From NCBI GenBank assembly GCA_009692265.1, contig SHZM01000006.1, forward strand, positions 3,080 to 67,079: a DNA stretch of 64,000 nucleotides, read 5' to 3'. The stretch is from Gammaproteobacteria bacterium (GTDB lineage: Bacteria; Pseudomonadota; Gammaproteobacteria; Ga0077536). The translations under genes and the position numbers were made by a program. Position 1 is the first letter of the stretch; the number at the start of each line of letters is the position of its first letter. Shown here piece after piece: positions 10,358 through 21,232 of the stretch. The notes under the pieces are model-generated. The model was not told where the DNA came from. It was given only the letters and a program-made list of their open reading frames with translations, and did no database searches.

Positions 10358-11008
10358 TTAATCGCGGCGCTGCCCCCAGCGTCCCCAGTGCATGACACCA
10401 TCGACCGCAGCGCGCGTGGTCGGCCCAAATCGACCGACCGGATAGCCAAGCGGGATTAGCGCGGCGATCTCCTTGTCGGTCGGTATATTTAACCGGACTT
10501 TGAGTTCATCTTCGAAGAAATAGTGCAGCGTGGTCAACGTGGCGCCGAGCCCGAATGCGCGGCAGGCTAAAAGAATGTTTTGCACCGCCGGATAAATTGA
10601 AGCGTGCAGTGTCGCTGTAATCGAACGCGGGTTACCGAGTTCAGCGTAGGTCGGGAAATCCGTGCCGGTGCAGGCCAGCAGAATCACCGGCGCTTCGTCC
10701 ATATGCTCGGCGAGATGAATCGCAGAATCGAACATGCGACGCCGTTCCGGCGGAATGTTCGCCATCGATGGGATCGTGCCCTCACGTTCGAGTCGGCGGT
10801 AGTTCGCGAGATAGTGATCGCGGATAAAGCGCTTATCGTCGACACCGTCGACGAGCACGAACCCCCAATTCTGGAAGTTGCTGCCGCTTGGCGCATGGAT
10901 GCCCGCCTCAATGACTCGCTTCAAGATCTCCGGCGAAATCGGGTCCGGTTTCAGTCGACGCATCGAGCGCGTCGAATAAATCGTTTCGAATAATCCGATA
11001 TCGGACAT
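10358..11008 (-). CDS. Nitroreductase family protein
   Basis: 216 aa with the nitroreductase N-terminus 'ETIYSTRSMRRLKPDPISPEILKRVIEAGIHAPSGSNFQNWGFVLV'. Confidence 0.85.
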   Translation of the reverse strand: MSDIGLFETIYSTRSMRRLKPDPISPEILKRVIEAGIHAPSGSNFQNWGFVLVDGVDDKRFIRDHYLANYRRLEREGTIPSMANIPPERRRMFDSAIHLAEHMDEAPVILLACTGTDFPTYAELGNPRSITATLHASIYPAVQNILLACRAFGLGATLTTLHYFFEDELKVRLNIPTDKEIAALIPLGYPVGRFGPTTRAAVDGVMHWGRWGQRRD

Positions 11009-11109
11009 GTCACGCTCCAGTGTTGGTTAGATTCGCGCTAAGGCCACTGCCAAGCGACGGCCCAGTTAGCCCTCTAGCAGCAGCTAATTAATCTCGGTAA
11101 GAACATCCA

Positions 11110-11613
11110 TCACGCCGGTTGCGCCGCTCTGAGTTGCGCCTCGCAATAGGCGGCCAGCCGTTCCAATTCGTGGGCACAATCGCCGGCGAAACATGTGCCG
11201 TGCATGACCGCGAGACGCGTGGGGTGCAATGCTTTGAGCGCCCGTATGGTCGGCGCGGTGGCGGCATCGACGATACTCTGTTCGCTGAGCGCGGGCCCAT
11301 CGCCTAACTGCGTAAAGAGATCGCCGGTGAAAAGCGTTTGCGTCGTTTCCTCGAAGATCAAGCCGGATTCCCACGCATGGGGTACATGCGGTGTGTCGAT
11401 ATAGCGTACCCGTTTGTCACCCAAATCGAGCACCTCGCCATTCGCGAGCGGACGCGGCGGTCGGTCCGCGAGATCGTTGAGCGATACCATGCACGCAATT
11501 GCACCGTGCACGACCTGTGCCTGTGGCGCGGTCGCGAGCCATTGGTTCATCGATGCGCGTCTGCATGTGCAAACTCCCTTGCGGCTGGACCCACTAAAAA
11601 AATATGGCTGCAC
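11110..11613 (-). pseudogene. MBL-fold metallo-hydrolase, C-terminal fragment
   Basis: The C-terminal region is protein-like ('…IDTPHVPHAWESGLIFEETTQTLFTGDLFTQ…') but the HxHxDH N-terminal half is absent. It lies in the decayed region. Confidence 0.4.
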
Positions 11614-11907
11614 TGGCAGTATACCGACAGCTAAGGGCGGGCAGGCGGGTCTGCGATCCTGAAGTCGGCGCCAGAATCAGTTGAACGGCCAACCTGTCAC
11701 ACGCCACGGACTGCACGGCGTTTTGATGCGGGTTTGAGGTCGTATAACACGGGCACCATGGACCGTGGTCGTTGGCGCTTTGCGAGCGGCTGCCGACATG
11801 CCAGTTGGTTCGGCGGTCTGTGCGCAGTGTACGCCGGCAACATACCGCGGTTGCGCGACAATGGGGCACCCCTGATGCGCCTGGCTTTCGTTCCCGCCAG
11901 TTAAGTC

Positions 11908-12528
11908 GTGTTGCTCGACACCTGGCATACCAGCGGCTTACAGGGGACCGCTAGCGATGACTTTCAGTGCAGCAATGTCTTCGTGCCATACGCGCGCACA
12001 ATCGACTTGTTCGGTCCACCGCGCGACTCTTCTCCGGTGTGGCGATTACCTATCAGTCTGCGCTTCGCGATGAGCAAGGCCGCCGCGACCTGTGGCATCG
12101 CGCGCAGCGCAATGGATGCGCTGCTGCCGCTGCTGGAACGTGTATCGTTCGCTGGTGCGCGGCCCGCGCGCGAGGAACCGAGAGTGCACGTGATGCTGGC
12201 CGAAGCCGAAGCCGCCATCGAAGGCGGGCGCGCGTACCTTTATCAAAATGTGGAGGAGGCGTGGGCGGCGGTTCAGGCCGGGAACATGCTCGATACGGCG
12301 GCCGTCGCGAAAGTACGACTAGCAATCGTGTCCGCTGCGCGCCGCGCGTCCGATGCCGTGCAAAATTGTCAGGAACTCGGCGGGACTGCGGCGATTTTTG
12401 ACCCAGCGCTCGATCGCGCCGAGCGCGATCTAAACGTGGCCGGACAGCACCTGCAGTTGCAAGCGCATGTCATGGAAGATGTCGGGCGTGTCCTCCTCGG
12501 CATGACGCCACGGAGTCCGATGTTTTGA
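11908..12528 (+). pseudogene. Acyl-CoA dehydrogenase-like flavoenzyme, C-terminal fragment
   Basis: Only a ~200 aa C-terminal helical-domain-like segment is present ('…AKVRLAIVSAARRASDAVQNCQELGGTAAIFD…'). There is no N-terminal or beta-domain. Confidence 0.45.
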
Positions 12529-12697
12529 CGCCCGCGATCGGCAACCCGGCGCGACGACTGCTGCGTCACGCGTCGATCGTCATCGCCTTCCAAATCACAC
12601 CGGCCTGAACACGGGCACCGGTTGCTCATCGCACGTTTCAAAACCCAGCCTAACCTGCTGGCCGATCGCGAGTGCGTCCAGATCGCCTGATCCGGCC

Positions 12698-13920
12698 GTG
12701 ATGAGTCAGGTGCTAGGCATCGTCACTCGAGCCATCGCGAGTCATCTGATCAAAGCCGCCGGCTATCAACATGAGACGGCGCAGACTGGCGCGGTGACGT
12801 TGATTCAACGTTTCGGCAGCGCTTTGAACATGAACATCCACTTCCACATGCTGTTCCTCGACGGCGTGTATGTGACGAGCGGCGAGCGGTTGAGCTTTCG
12901 GCGGTTGCCGCCGCCAACCGTGGCCGCGCTTGAGAAGTTGGTTCGCGGGATCAGCGAGCGGGTCGGCCGCGCACTCGAACGCCAAGGGCTGCTGGTGCGG
13001 GACCTGGAAAACAGCTTTCTGACGCTGGGCTCCGCTGAAGGCTCGGGCTTCGATGACCTTTTGGGTCATTCCATCACCTACCGGATTGCGCTCGGTCCCC
13101 ACCAAGGCCGCAAGGCGTTTACGTTGCAGCCGGTGCCAGTAGTCACCGCAGCAGACGGCAACAGTTCCGTCGCGAAAGCAGCCGGGTTCTCGTTGCACGC
13201 CGGGGTGGCGTGCGAAGCACGAAGCACACGAGCGGGAGAAGCTGGAACGCCTGTGCCGCACTATCACGCGCCCGGCGGTCTCGACTGAGCGCCTGTCGCT
13301 CACAACCCAGGGGAATATTCGCTACCGTCTGAAAACGCCGTACCGGGATGGCACGACGGACGTGGTGTTTGAGCCGCTGGATTTGATGGCGCACCTCCCT
13401 GTGCGCCACCCTTCGGGCGACCTGCGGTCGTCCAAATCGGCAGTCCTGCCGATTTGTCATGGCCCGGCTGACCGCCTTAGGTAGCCGACGCCACGGGTCA
13501 ATCTCACGCGCTACCACGGCGTGTCGCGCCGAACCATCGACTGCGTGAACAAGTGACGCTGGCCCGGCGCGACCGGCGCAAGGCTGAGACTGCCGAAGAA
13601 CCTACTCCCGCGCGCCACGTCTCGATGACGTGGGCGCAACGGTTGAAGCGGATATTACTCCGGGCATCCTGCCCTTCGCCCTACGGGCCGGCCTGCGGCT
13701 GTTCCAATTCGCTCCAGGCGATTGGGTCAAGATCGACATCTTGACCTGCGAGCATTGTGGTGGTGCGGTCAAAGTGATCGCGAGCATCGAAGATCCTGCC
13801 GTGATCAAGAAAATCCTCGATCATCTCGAGCGGCGGGCCGAGCCCGCGACACCCGTATTCAGACCCTTCGCCCGCGCGCCGCCGCAGATGGCATTACCGG
13901 GACTGAAGGAACCGGGCTGA
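12698..13920 (+). mobile_element. tnpA: IS91-family (rolling-circle HUH) transposase remnant, frameshifted
   Basis: 'LIQRFGSALNMNIHFHMLFLDGVY' is the HUH motif region. 'NIRYRLKTPYRDGTTDVVFEPLDLMAHL' appears in a second frame. The C-terminus is 'CEHCGGAVKVIASIEDPAVIKKILDHL' in a third frame. Multiple frame changes indicate a pseudogene. Confidence 0.75.
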
Positions 13921-13935
13921 CGGTACTGCACCCTT

Positions 13936-14172
13936 CCCTACCCACGGACGCGAGGCTGGCCCGACACCCGGCTTAGCCTCACTCGCGCCCAGCGGCCTAA
14001 AAGGTCGACATTTCGCGGCAGGAAACGCTCTCAGCGAGGCCCCGGTGTCGCGGCTCAGTGGAATTCCGGGATAGTCGGCCCCGTAAAGTACGGACGTGCC
14101 TCTCCACGGCGCTCGACTTCCACCTCGGCGGTGCTCGATCGCGCCGACAAGGGCGGTTGTATTTTCTATCCG
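13936..14172. repeat. Copy 2 of the ~240 bp dispersed repeat, abutting the 3' end of the IS91 tnpA remnant
   Basis: Aligns over ~237 bp with 15583-15820 and over ~190 bp with 2238-2426. Begins 16 bp after the tnpA remnant ends. Confidence 0.85.
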
Positions 14173-14335
14173 CCCCTACCTCAATTTTTCCATTGGTTCG
14201 AAATGGCGCGCGCTCATCCACAGGGCCTGGCCTAGTGCCGATCCACTCGTAGGTTTCTGGGGTAACGAAAGGGTAACTGCCTCGTTCAGCAGAATCGAGC
14301 ACTGCTGAAGGTGGCGCGCGACGGCGAGCGTGTTA

Positions 14336-15367
14336 CTACGGCGTATCGCGGTCTCCGCAGGCGAGCAGCGTCCGGAGCGCGCACCGGATCGCTGTCTCAT
14401 CGTCCGGACATTGCCACGGATTACCCGCGCGATGGCCCCAGATCGACGCTATGACGCGCAATTCGGCATGCGGCATCAGGGCAGATTCGCGGCGACTGTC
14501 TTCGACCGTGAAGTAAAGATCGGTCGACGCCGGCATCACCAAGGTACGGGCTGTGATCGCGCCAAGTGCACGGGTGAGATCGCCGTGGTAGCGATCGTTA
14601 TCCGAAATATCGGAAGCCAGCCACGTGTCGAGCATCGACAGGAGGTCACGCGGGTCCCGTCTGAGAAAGCGCTGCTCCCAACCGCGCACGAGAAAGTCCT
14701 CCAGCGATTCATATCCATGTTGAGCCCATACAAGCTCGCGATAAAAAGCCTGACTGAGTGCCCAGCCGGCGTAGACACGCGCAAACGCTTTAACCGCGCG
14801 TGTCGGATGCGCATCGAAGGTGCCGTCGCGCCATGCCCCATCGGCATGCAACGTCGCTCGCAGTCCTTCCAGGAAGACGCGATTGTGCGGCGAGGTCTTC
14901 GCCGAAGTGCATAGGGCGCAAATTCGCGCGACGCATTCCGGATGCAAGGCGCCCCAGTGCAACGCCTGCTGACCACCCATCGACCAGCCGTAGACAAGCG
15001 CGAGTCGCGTTATACCAAAGACGTCCGCGAGCAGCTGTCGTTGGGCCTCGACATTGTCCACATGCGTGAATACGGGAGGCGAGCGACTTCGGAAAGCTTC
15101 ACCAAGCGTGCTGGGGGAACTTGAAAGACCATTGCCGAACTGATTAACCACCACGATGAAATAGCGGGTCGGATCGAGTATCCGATTCTCGCCGATCGCC
15201 CATTCAAGATCAGGATGCTGCGCGCCGTACCAGCTCGGATACAGGATCACGTTATCGCGAGTCGCGCTAAGCGCGCCGTAGGTTTTGTACGCCACGACCG
15301 CTTGCGGCAGGATGGCGCCTCGCTGGAGGCGAAAATTCGGAATGACAAATTGCTGATACTCCATCAC
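14336..15367 (-). CDS. Homoserine O-acetyltransferase-like alpha/beta hydrolase (MetX family)
   Basis: 343 aa with 'VYGWSMGGQQALHWGALHPE' (GxSxG) and MetX-like N-terminal beta-strand region. Intact, and flanked by direct repeat copies 2 and 3. Confidence 0.8.
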   Translation of the reverse strand: MMEYQQFVIPNFRLQRGAILPQAVVAYKTYGALSATRDNVILYPSWYGAQHPDLEWAIGENRILDPTRYFIVVVNQFGNGLSSSPSTLGEAFRSRSPPVFTHVDNVEAQRQLLADVFGITRLALVYGWSMGGQQALHWGALHPECVARICALCTSAKTSPHNRVFLEGLRATLHADGAWRDGTFDAHPTRAVKAFARVYAGWALSQAFYRELVWAQHGYESLEDFLVRGWEQRFLRRDPRDLLSMLDTWLASDISDNDRYHGDLTRALGAITARTLVMPASTDLYFTVEDSRRESALMPHAELRVIASIWGHRAGNPWQCPDDETAIRCALRTLLACGDRDTP

Positions 15368-15582
15368 GAGACGGTGACAGATTTATTTCCGCGCCTCAAC
15401 CGGCGACTGCCGCGGTGGCAATTTATTTTTGAGCTAGCCAGGATCTCGCACGCAATAGCGCGCGAGCACCCGAGCCCGGACAGGTTGACCCCGATGATCC
15501 ACCCACGAATCCGCGCCCACTTCGAACGGGCGAGGGGTCTGCCACGTGACTCGCGAGGTCTCGGTCGGAGTATTCGCACCCA

Positions 15583-15820
15583 CCCTACGCACGGACGCGA
15601 GGCTGGCCCGACACCCGGCTTAGCCTCACTCGCGCCCAGCGGCCTAAACGCTCGACATTTCGCGGCAGGAAACGCGCTCAGCGAGGCCCCGGTGTCGCGG
15701 CTCAGTGGAATTCCGGGGTAGTCGGCCCCGTAAGGTGCGGACGTGCCTCTCCACAGCGCTCGACTTCAACCTCGGCGGTGCTCGATCGCGCCGAAAAGGG
15801 CGGTTGTATTTCCTATCCGC
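15583..15820. repeat. Copy 3 of the ~240 bp dispersed repeat
   Basis: Near-identical to copy 2, including the 5' extension 'ccta…cacggacgcgaggctggcccgacacccggcttagcctcactcg'. Confidence 0.85.
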
Positions 15821-15822
15821 GT

Positions 15823-16521
15823 CGTGTGTTCCCTCTGCTTCTCGGGATCGTTGAACAAAATAAATTCGTTCAATTCCTTGTAAATCTGCGCTCGGGATTG
15901 ATGAATGGCATTGGCGTCGCGGGTGAAATGCGCAAGCTGCTCGGCCGTGTATGGCGTGTCTTCCTTCGGCGCGAACCAGTTCGCGGTGCGCTGGAACAGA
16001 TGGAGCGCGCTGGTATTGTGCGCGATCTCGGGGACGAACTGGACGGCGCTCGCGGCACTACCGCTCACCACGATCGGCGCACGGAATTCCTGACCATCGG
16101 TAGTCGTGACCTGCCACCGCGAAGTCGTATCCTTCCAACGCGCGGCAGTAACCGGATGCTGAAAGCGCACGTAAGGCAGGATGCCGTAGTTCTCGGCAAC
16201 CTGCTGCAGATATTCAAGGATTTCAGCCTGGCCGGAGAATGGCCGCGACCAGTCAGTTTTTAATTCAAACGAAAACGAATAGAGATGCGATTTGACATCG
16301 CACTCGGTGCCCGGATAGCGGTTGTGCCATCAGGTGCCGCCAACGCCCCCAGCTTTTTCCAGGACAACAATGTCCTTGATGCCCGCTTCGAGCAACTTGG
16401 CTGCGGTGCATATCCCGCCAGGGCCGGCCCCGATAACGATCACTCTAAAGTCGTGTTTCTCGGCGGCAGCCATAGGATGTTTCGCTCGCAAACTCGATGA
16501 TAAAATTGATGAGTCGTCCAT
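15823..16521 (-). pseudogene. Flavin-containing (Baeyer-Villiger-type) monooxygenase, frameshifted and 3'-truncated by repeat copy 3
   Basis: The N-terminus 'HDFRVIVIGAGPGGICTAAKLLEAGIKDIVVLEKAGGVGGT' carries a GxGxxG FAD motif. It continues in another frame as '…RFQHPVTAARWKDTTSRWQVTTTDGQEF…', and the reading frame runs into repeat sequence at ~15830. Confidence 0.6.
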
Positions 16522-16871
16522 ATCGGCCGGCGACGTTCATCGGCGTGATGACGCCGATTTTACTGAAAACACCTCGGGTGAGTAGCGGGGTCGGGAAACG
16601 AGTCGCCCCGGGAACATCGAAGTGAACTCGATACGACGAATAGGTCGCGAATCAGCCAAGCGTCTTGGCCAATTGACCACACCGAATCCCTGGTGCAGAT
16701 TAACAGCCGATATCCGCCTACCCCTATTGATAGGCACTGCGATCCATCAGTAAATCGCTTCTGAGAAAGTTTACAATGCCGCGTAATTCAGGTTTGACCT
16801 ATTCGACCAGCATGCTCTGGTGGTTCGGGACATGCACGCTTCGCGCGTGGACGAACACGTCAGCATAGCCC

Positions 16872-17468
16872 GTGGAAATCCTAGTCCCCGGTTACGCAGG
16901 GCGCGCGGTCATGGTGCCGGTTGGCAGCACACTCAAGGTCGTTGATGTGGAAGGTTGCCAAATTGGTGATCTCTTCGTGCTCGCAGCATCCGATCTCGAT
17001 GAACGTCTGAGTCCTGGCGTGACGCGCTTGATCAATTTCACACCGTTCCCACACCTGGGAGAATCTTTCTACAGCAACCGTCGCCGATCCCTGTTAACTT
17101 TGCTGGAAGATACGTCGCCTGGTCTGCATGACATGACCTTTGCGCCGTGCGATGCCGAGCTCTATCGAACATTCAACGCCGGAGACGAGCATCCGAATTG
17201 CCGCGATAACTACTTTCGCGCAATGGCTGCCTTAGGTGTCGCTGCACACTCACACCCCGATCCGATCAATGTGTTTCAGAACACGCCCGTCAATCTCAAC
17301 GGCAGCTATACGATCGGCGCAGCCTTGTCGCGCCCCGGCGATTACATCGCGCTGCGCGCAAACATTGATTTGATCATTGCGTTAACCGCATGTTCGGTCG
17401 ATATCCCGTTTGAGGGTATACAACCAAACGGTGGTCGCTCGACATCGCTGCGTCTAGAAATCTCTTGA
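16872..17468 (+). CDS. DUF1989 / urea-carboxylase-associated family protein
   Basis: 198 aa. The pattern 'GCQIGDLF…FAPCDAELY…CRDNYFRAMAALG…IGAALSRPGDYIALRA' resembles DUF1989. Confidence 0.7.
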   Translation: MEILVPGYAGRAVMVPVGSTLKVVDVEGCQIGDLFVLAASDLDERLSPGVTRLINFTPFPHLGESFYSNRRRSLLTLLEDTSPGLHDMTFAPCDAELYRTFNAGDEHPNCRDNYFRAMAALGVAAHSHPDPINVFQNTPVNLNGSYTIGAALSRPGDYIALRANIDLIIALTACSVDIPFEGIQPNGGRSTSLRLEIS

Positions 17469-17486
17469 GGCTTTAATGTCACGCCT

Positions 17487-18602
17487 GTGTTCGTAGCCAA
17501 CCGCTACCAACAAATTGCTCTCTGCGCGGGCAACACCTGCGCCTACGCCGTAGTGAACACAACGCCACTCGTACTCGGCGCCTTAATGCAAAGCTTTGTG
17601 CTCGACGAAGCCCAGGCTGGTGCGTGGATCACGCTCGAATTACTGGTGATGGGCGTCGTTGCGCTGCTCATTGCACCTTGGATGGGTGGCACCCGCAAGC
17701 GACAAATCGCATGGCTCGCAGCTGGCGTCATCGTGGTCAGCGAGCTCGCGGCCGCCGGTACTTCTTCCGCGTCATGGATGTTGGTATGGCTAACGGGTCT
17801 GGGCCTTGGTGCCGGCCTCATGCTGGCCGCTAACAACGCCATCATCGCGGCAACCTCCACCCCCGATAAGCTTTTTGGCTACGCGTTCATGGTGGCTTAC
17901 GGGATCACGGCGTTGCTGGTTTTCGCAATGGCGCCGGCGATTGCGCGGACAGAACATGCTGGCGCTTATGTCGTGCTTGCAGCATTTACCGCGCTACTAG
18001 TGCCTTGGTTACGCGTGTTGCCGAACCCAGGTGGCACGATCACCGCCGACCCCGTGCGCGTTGTCGCGACTTCTCGCGGGGTGATTTTGTTGGTCGGCAT
18101 CGCGCTGATCGGGGTCGGGATGATGGGGTTCTACGCCTATATCGAGCGCCTAGGTGTACGCCTCGGATTGTCACCGAATACGATTGCCCTCGTCTTCGCA
18201 TTCCAACAGATAGCGTCGGTTTTTGGTGCGGCGCTGGCGGCATCGCACGGCACAAAAGTGGGATTGCTGCGATCACTCCTCATCAGCACCTTGCTGCACA
18301 CGAGCGCTATTCTCACTGCAGTGTTCGGCGATTCCCTGGCGTGGTTCGCCACCGGCGTGATCGCAGAAGGCTTCACCTTCCTGTTTCTACTACCCCTGCA
18401 ATTTACCTTGGCCGCGCAAATCGATCCGAGCGGGCGCTGGGCGGCAGCTGCCAACGGCGTATTGATGATCAGCACCGGCGCCGCGCCATTTCTCGTGGGT
18501 GTCTTGATTAGTGCCTTTGACTATCGGGCCATCGGTTGGTTGATGTTAGCCGTCTCCCCATTGGGGATGTGGGCTTTCGTGACCGCGAGCAAGACCAAGT
18601 AA
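17487..18602 (+). CDS. Polytopic membrane protein, MFS-transporter-like (YbfB/YjiJ-like)
   Basis: 371 aa, very hydrophobic, with ~10-12 predicted TM helices. There is no soluble domain. Confidence 0.55.
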   Translation: MFVANRYQQIALCAGNTCAYAVVNTTPLVLGALMQSFVLDEAQAGAWITLELLVMGVVALLIAPWMGGTRKRQIAWLAAGVIVVSELAAAGTSSASWMLVWLTGLGLGAGLMLAANNAIIAATSTPDKLFGYAFMVAYGITALLVFAMAPAIARTEHAGAYVVLAAFTALLVPWLRVLPNPGGTITADPVRVVATSRGVILLVGIALIGVGMMGFYAYIERLGVRLGLSPNTIALVFAFQQIASVFGAALAASHGTKVGLLRSLLISTLLHTSAILTAVFGDSLAWFATGVIAEGFTFLFLLPLQFTLAAQIDPSGRWAAAANGVLMISTGAAPFLVGVLISAFDYRAIGWLMLAVSPLGMWAFVTASKTK

Positions 18603-18803
18603 GGCACGTGTTGCCCTCGTATCACGATGCAAAAACGCCATGCCGATCTTACCCATCCCCTCATAAAATTCGGTGCTCATAGATGTGCGAAGACCCCGGT
18701 GAATGCACGATGCTGTACCAACAGGTCACTGAAGCGCTGAAGTAACGGCCGTAAGCGTGGCTCGGGCATCGTCGGGATTGCGTCGTAGAGCATCATGCCT
18801 TGA

Positions 18804-20132
18804 CGGGTCCTGTCAGGAATTATGTGTTTGTGAGCCATACTTTGATCCGGGGAGGATAGAGCATGGCAACGAAGAAAGCGTCGGCGTTCAGCGCCGAATC
18901 ATTGGATGAGCTGTTGGCTGATCAGGACCCTGGTACGGTCTTGAACTCGGATGGCTTTCTGGGAGATTTAAAGAAGGCCCTGGCAGAGCGGATGTTAAAT
19001 GCCGAGATGGATGTCCATCTTGGCCGTGAGTCTGAACGAGAGTCGGGTAACCATCGCAACGGGAGTAGTACCAAGACCGTACTGAGTGGTGACGGCGAAG
19101 TCGTATTGTCGATACCTCGCGACCGTCATGGTCGCTTTGATCCGGCGCTGATAGGCAAATATCAACGGCGGTTTCCAGGCTTCGACGAGAAGATTATCGC
19201 GTTGTATGGGCGGGGGATGAGCACGAGGGATATTCAGGCCCACGTGGGCGAACTATACGGCGTGACGATGTCACCGGATTTGGTGTGTGCGGTAACAGAA
19301 TCGGTGATGGAGGAAGTGCGCGCGTGGCAATCGAGACCCTTGGAAGCGACCTATGCGGTGGTCTTTTTTGACGCCTTGCGGGTGAAGATTCGGGACGAGG
19401 GAATGGTACGTAATAAAGCGGTGTATCTGGCGATTGGGATGCGCTGCTCGGGGCACAAGGAAGTCCTGGGGCTGTGGATTGAGCAGACGGAAGGCGCGAA
19501 ATTTTGGTTGCGCGTGATGAACGAGCTACGCGCACGCGGCCTGCAGGACATTTTGATTTCAGTGGTGGATGGGCTGAAGGGATTCCCGGAGGCGATCACC
19601 TCCGTGTACCCGGAGACCGTGGTCCAGACGTGCATCGTGCATCTCCTGCGTAATTCGCCCTATCTAGCTTCCTGGAAAGACCGCAAGGCGCTGACTGCGG
19701 CGCTGAAACCGATATACCAGGCCGATAGCCTGGAAGCCGCTGAGCGCGCGCTGACGGCCTTTGAAGCCGGTCCCTGGGGACAGCAGTTTCCGACGATTGC
19801 CGAAAGCTGGCGTCGTCACTGGGCGCACATCATTTCGTTTTTCGCGTTTGCGGCGCCGGTCCGCACCACCTTGTACACGACCAACGCGATTGAGAGTTTG
19901 CACAGCGGGGTGCGCAAAACGATTCGCAACAAAGGCCATTTCCCAAACGATGATTCCGCCACCAAACTCATCTGGTTGGCACTACGAAACATTACCGCGA
20001 AATGGGTCAATCCGCCTATCGCCTGGGCTCAAGCCAAGGCACAATTCGCGATACAATTCGGAGACCGATTCAGTGTCGCCGATTAATCAACAACGGCTCA
20101 CACACAAAATTTCTGACAAGCTCTCAGGCCCG
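18804..20132 (+). mobile_element. IS256-family insertion sequence (intact transposase CDS 18863..20086)
   Basis: 407 aa transposase with 'LDELLADQDP…DGFLGDLKKALAERMLNAEMDVHLG…VVDGLKGFPEAI…CIVHLLRNS', an IS256/mutator signature. Imperfect terminal inverted repeats at 18804-18836 ('cgggtcctgtcagg…gtgtttgtgagcc') and 20095-20132 ('ggctcacacacaaa…ctctcaggcccg'). Confidence 0.9.
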
Positions 20133-20139
20133 GCAATCC

Positions 20140-20650
20140 GAATGACAGCGGCGCCCGAGCAAACGGTCTGAAGGCGGGGGTTGCGGGCTCAGTCCACCGA
20201 TCGAGGTGTTCCAGGATCTGTTTGATCACTGCCGGATCTTCAATGCTCACGATCACCGTGACAGCGCCCCGTAGTGGTCACAGACCTCGATATCGAGCTT
20301 AAACACCCGCTTCAATCGTTGCGCCCATGTCATCGACATGTGGCGTTGGTACCAGTGGGGCAAGCCGGGCGATAAAATACTCCGGGCATCCTGCCCTTCG
20401 CCCTGCGGGCCAGCCAGCGGCACCCGACGAAAGGTTAAGCGCTCGCCCGCCGTCACCTACACGCCGTCGAGAAACAGCATATGGGCCGCTCCTGCGCATC
20501 CCTGCGCCCGTGGCATTCGTGCATCCATCCCCAGCAAAGTGGATGCTTAGCGCGCTGCCGAAACGCTGGATCAACCTCACCGCCAGTCTGTGCTGTGGCG
20601 TGGTGACAGCCGGCACCGGCATCGGTGCGCAGTGCAGTATTTGGGGGTAG
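20140..20650 (-). mobile_element. Second IS91-family transposase remnant (3' portion, frameshifted)
   Basis: Minus-strand frames give 'HRLAVRLIQRFGSALSIHF…', 'MSMTWAQRLKRVFKLDIEVCDHYGALSR' and 'IVSIEDPAVIKQILEHL', matching the IS91 TnpA C-terminus. IS256 sits immediately next to its 3' end. Confidence 0.6.
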
Positions 20651-20830
20651 GTTGCGCTGAGAGCGTACGCTGGACTTCGTTGGCCCGCGATTCGACCCGG
20701 TTGATCACGACTGAGAACGGTGAGGGTTCCCCGGTAGTCACTATTTCCGCACTTCTATAAAGACTCGATTCAAGTGCGAAGCGCGGTTATCCTTGCCCCG
20801 ACTGCAGGTTCAATTCAAAGGAAACTAAAC

Positions 20831-21232
20831 ATGAGCGAACTCCGCCACATCCGTCCGGCTGGCCTGGCCAATACCCCCACTTACACTCATGTCGTTGCAG
20901 CGCGTGGCGCCGAGACGCTGTACATCGCTGGACAGGTCGCCATGGACACAGCCGGCAAGACAGTCGGTATCGGCGATCTCGCCGCTCAGACCGAACAGGT
21001 GATGCAGAATCTGCGGACCGCATTGCACGCCGCAGGCGCGACATTTCATGATGTAGTCAAGATCACAACTTTCGTCGTGGGTTACGCGCCGGAACAACGC
21101 GCAATCATCGCAGCAGTACGCGGCAAATATCTGCCCGAGGGCACGCCACCGGCCAGTACCTTGGTCGGCGTCGCCGCGCTGGCAGCGCCCGAGTGGTTGA
21201 TTGAAATCGAAGCGGTAGCCGTCATCGGTTGA
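20831..21232 (+). CDS. ridA: RidA family protein (YjgF/TdcF, reactive-intermediate deaminase)
   Basis: 'YTHVVAARGAETLYIAGQVAMDTAGKTVGIGDLAAQTEQVMQNLRTALHAAGATFHDVVKITTFV' is the RidA signature. ATG at 20831 with 'aagga' SD. Confidence 0.85.
   Translation: MSELRHIRPAGLANTPTYTHVVAARGAETLYIAGQVAMDTAGKTVGIGDLAAQTEQVMQNLRTALHAAGATFHDVVKITTFVVGYAPEQRAIIAAVRGKYLPEGTPPASTLVGVAALAAPEWLIEIEAVAVIG

Noticed and set aside
13997-14302. Small minus-strand ORFs (72-101 aa) inside the dispersed repeat copies
   Set aside because: They are conserved only because the DNA repeat is conserved. The translations are Arg-rich with no domain, so I treat them as non-coding repeat sequence.
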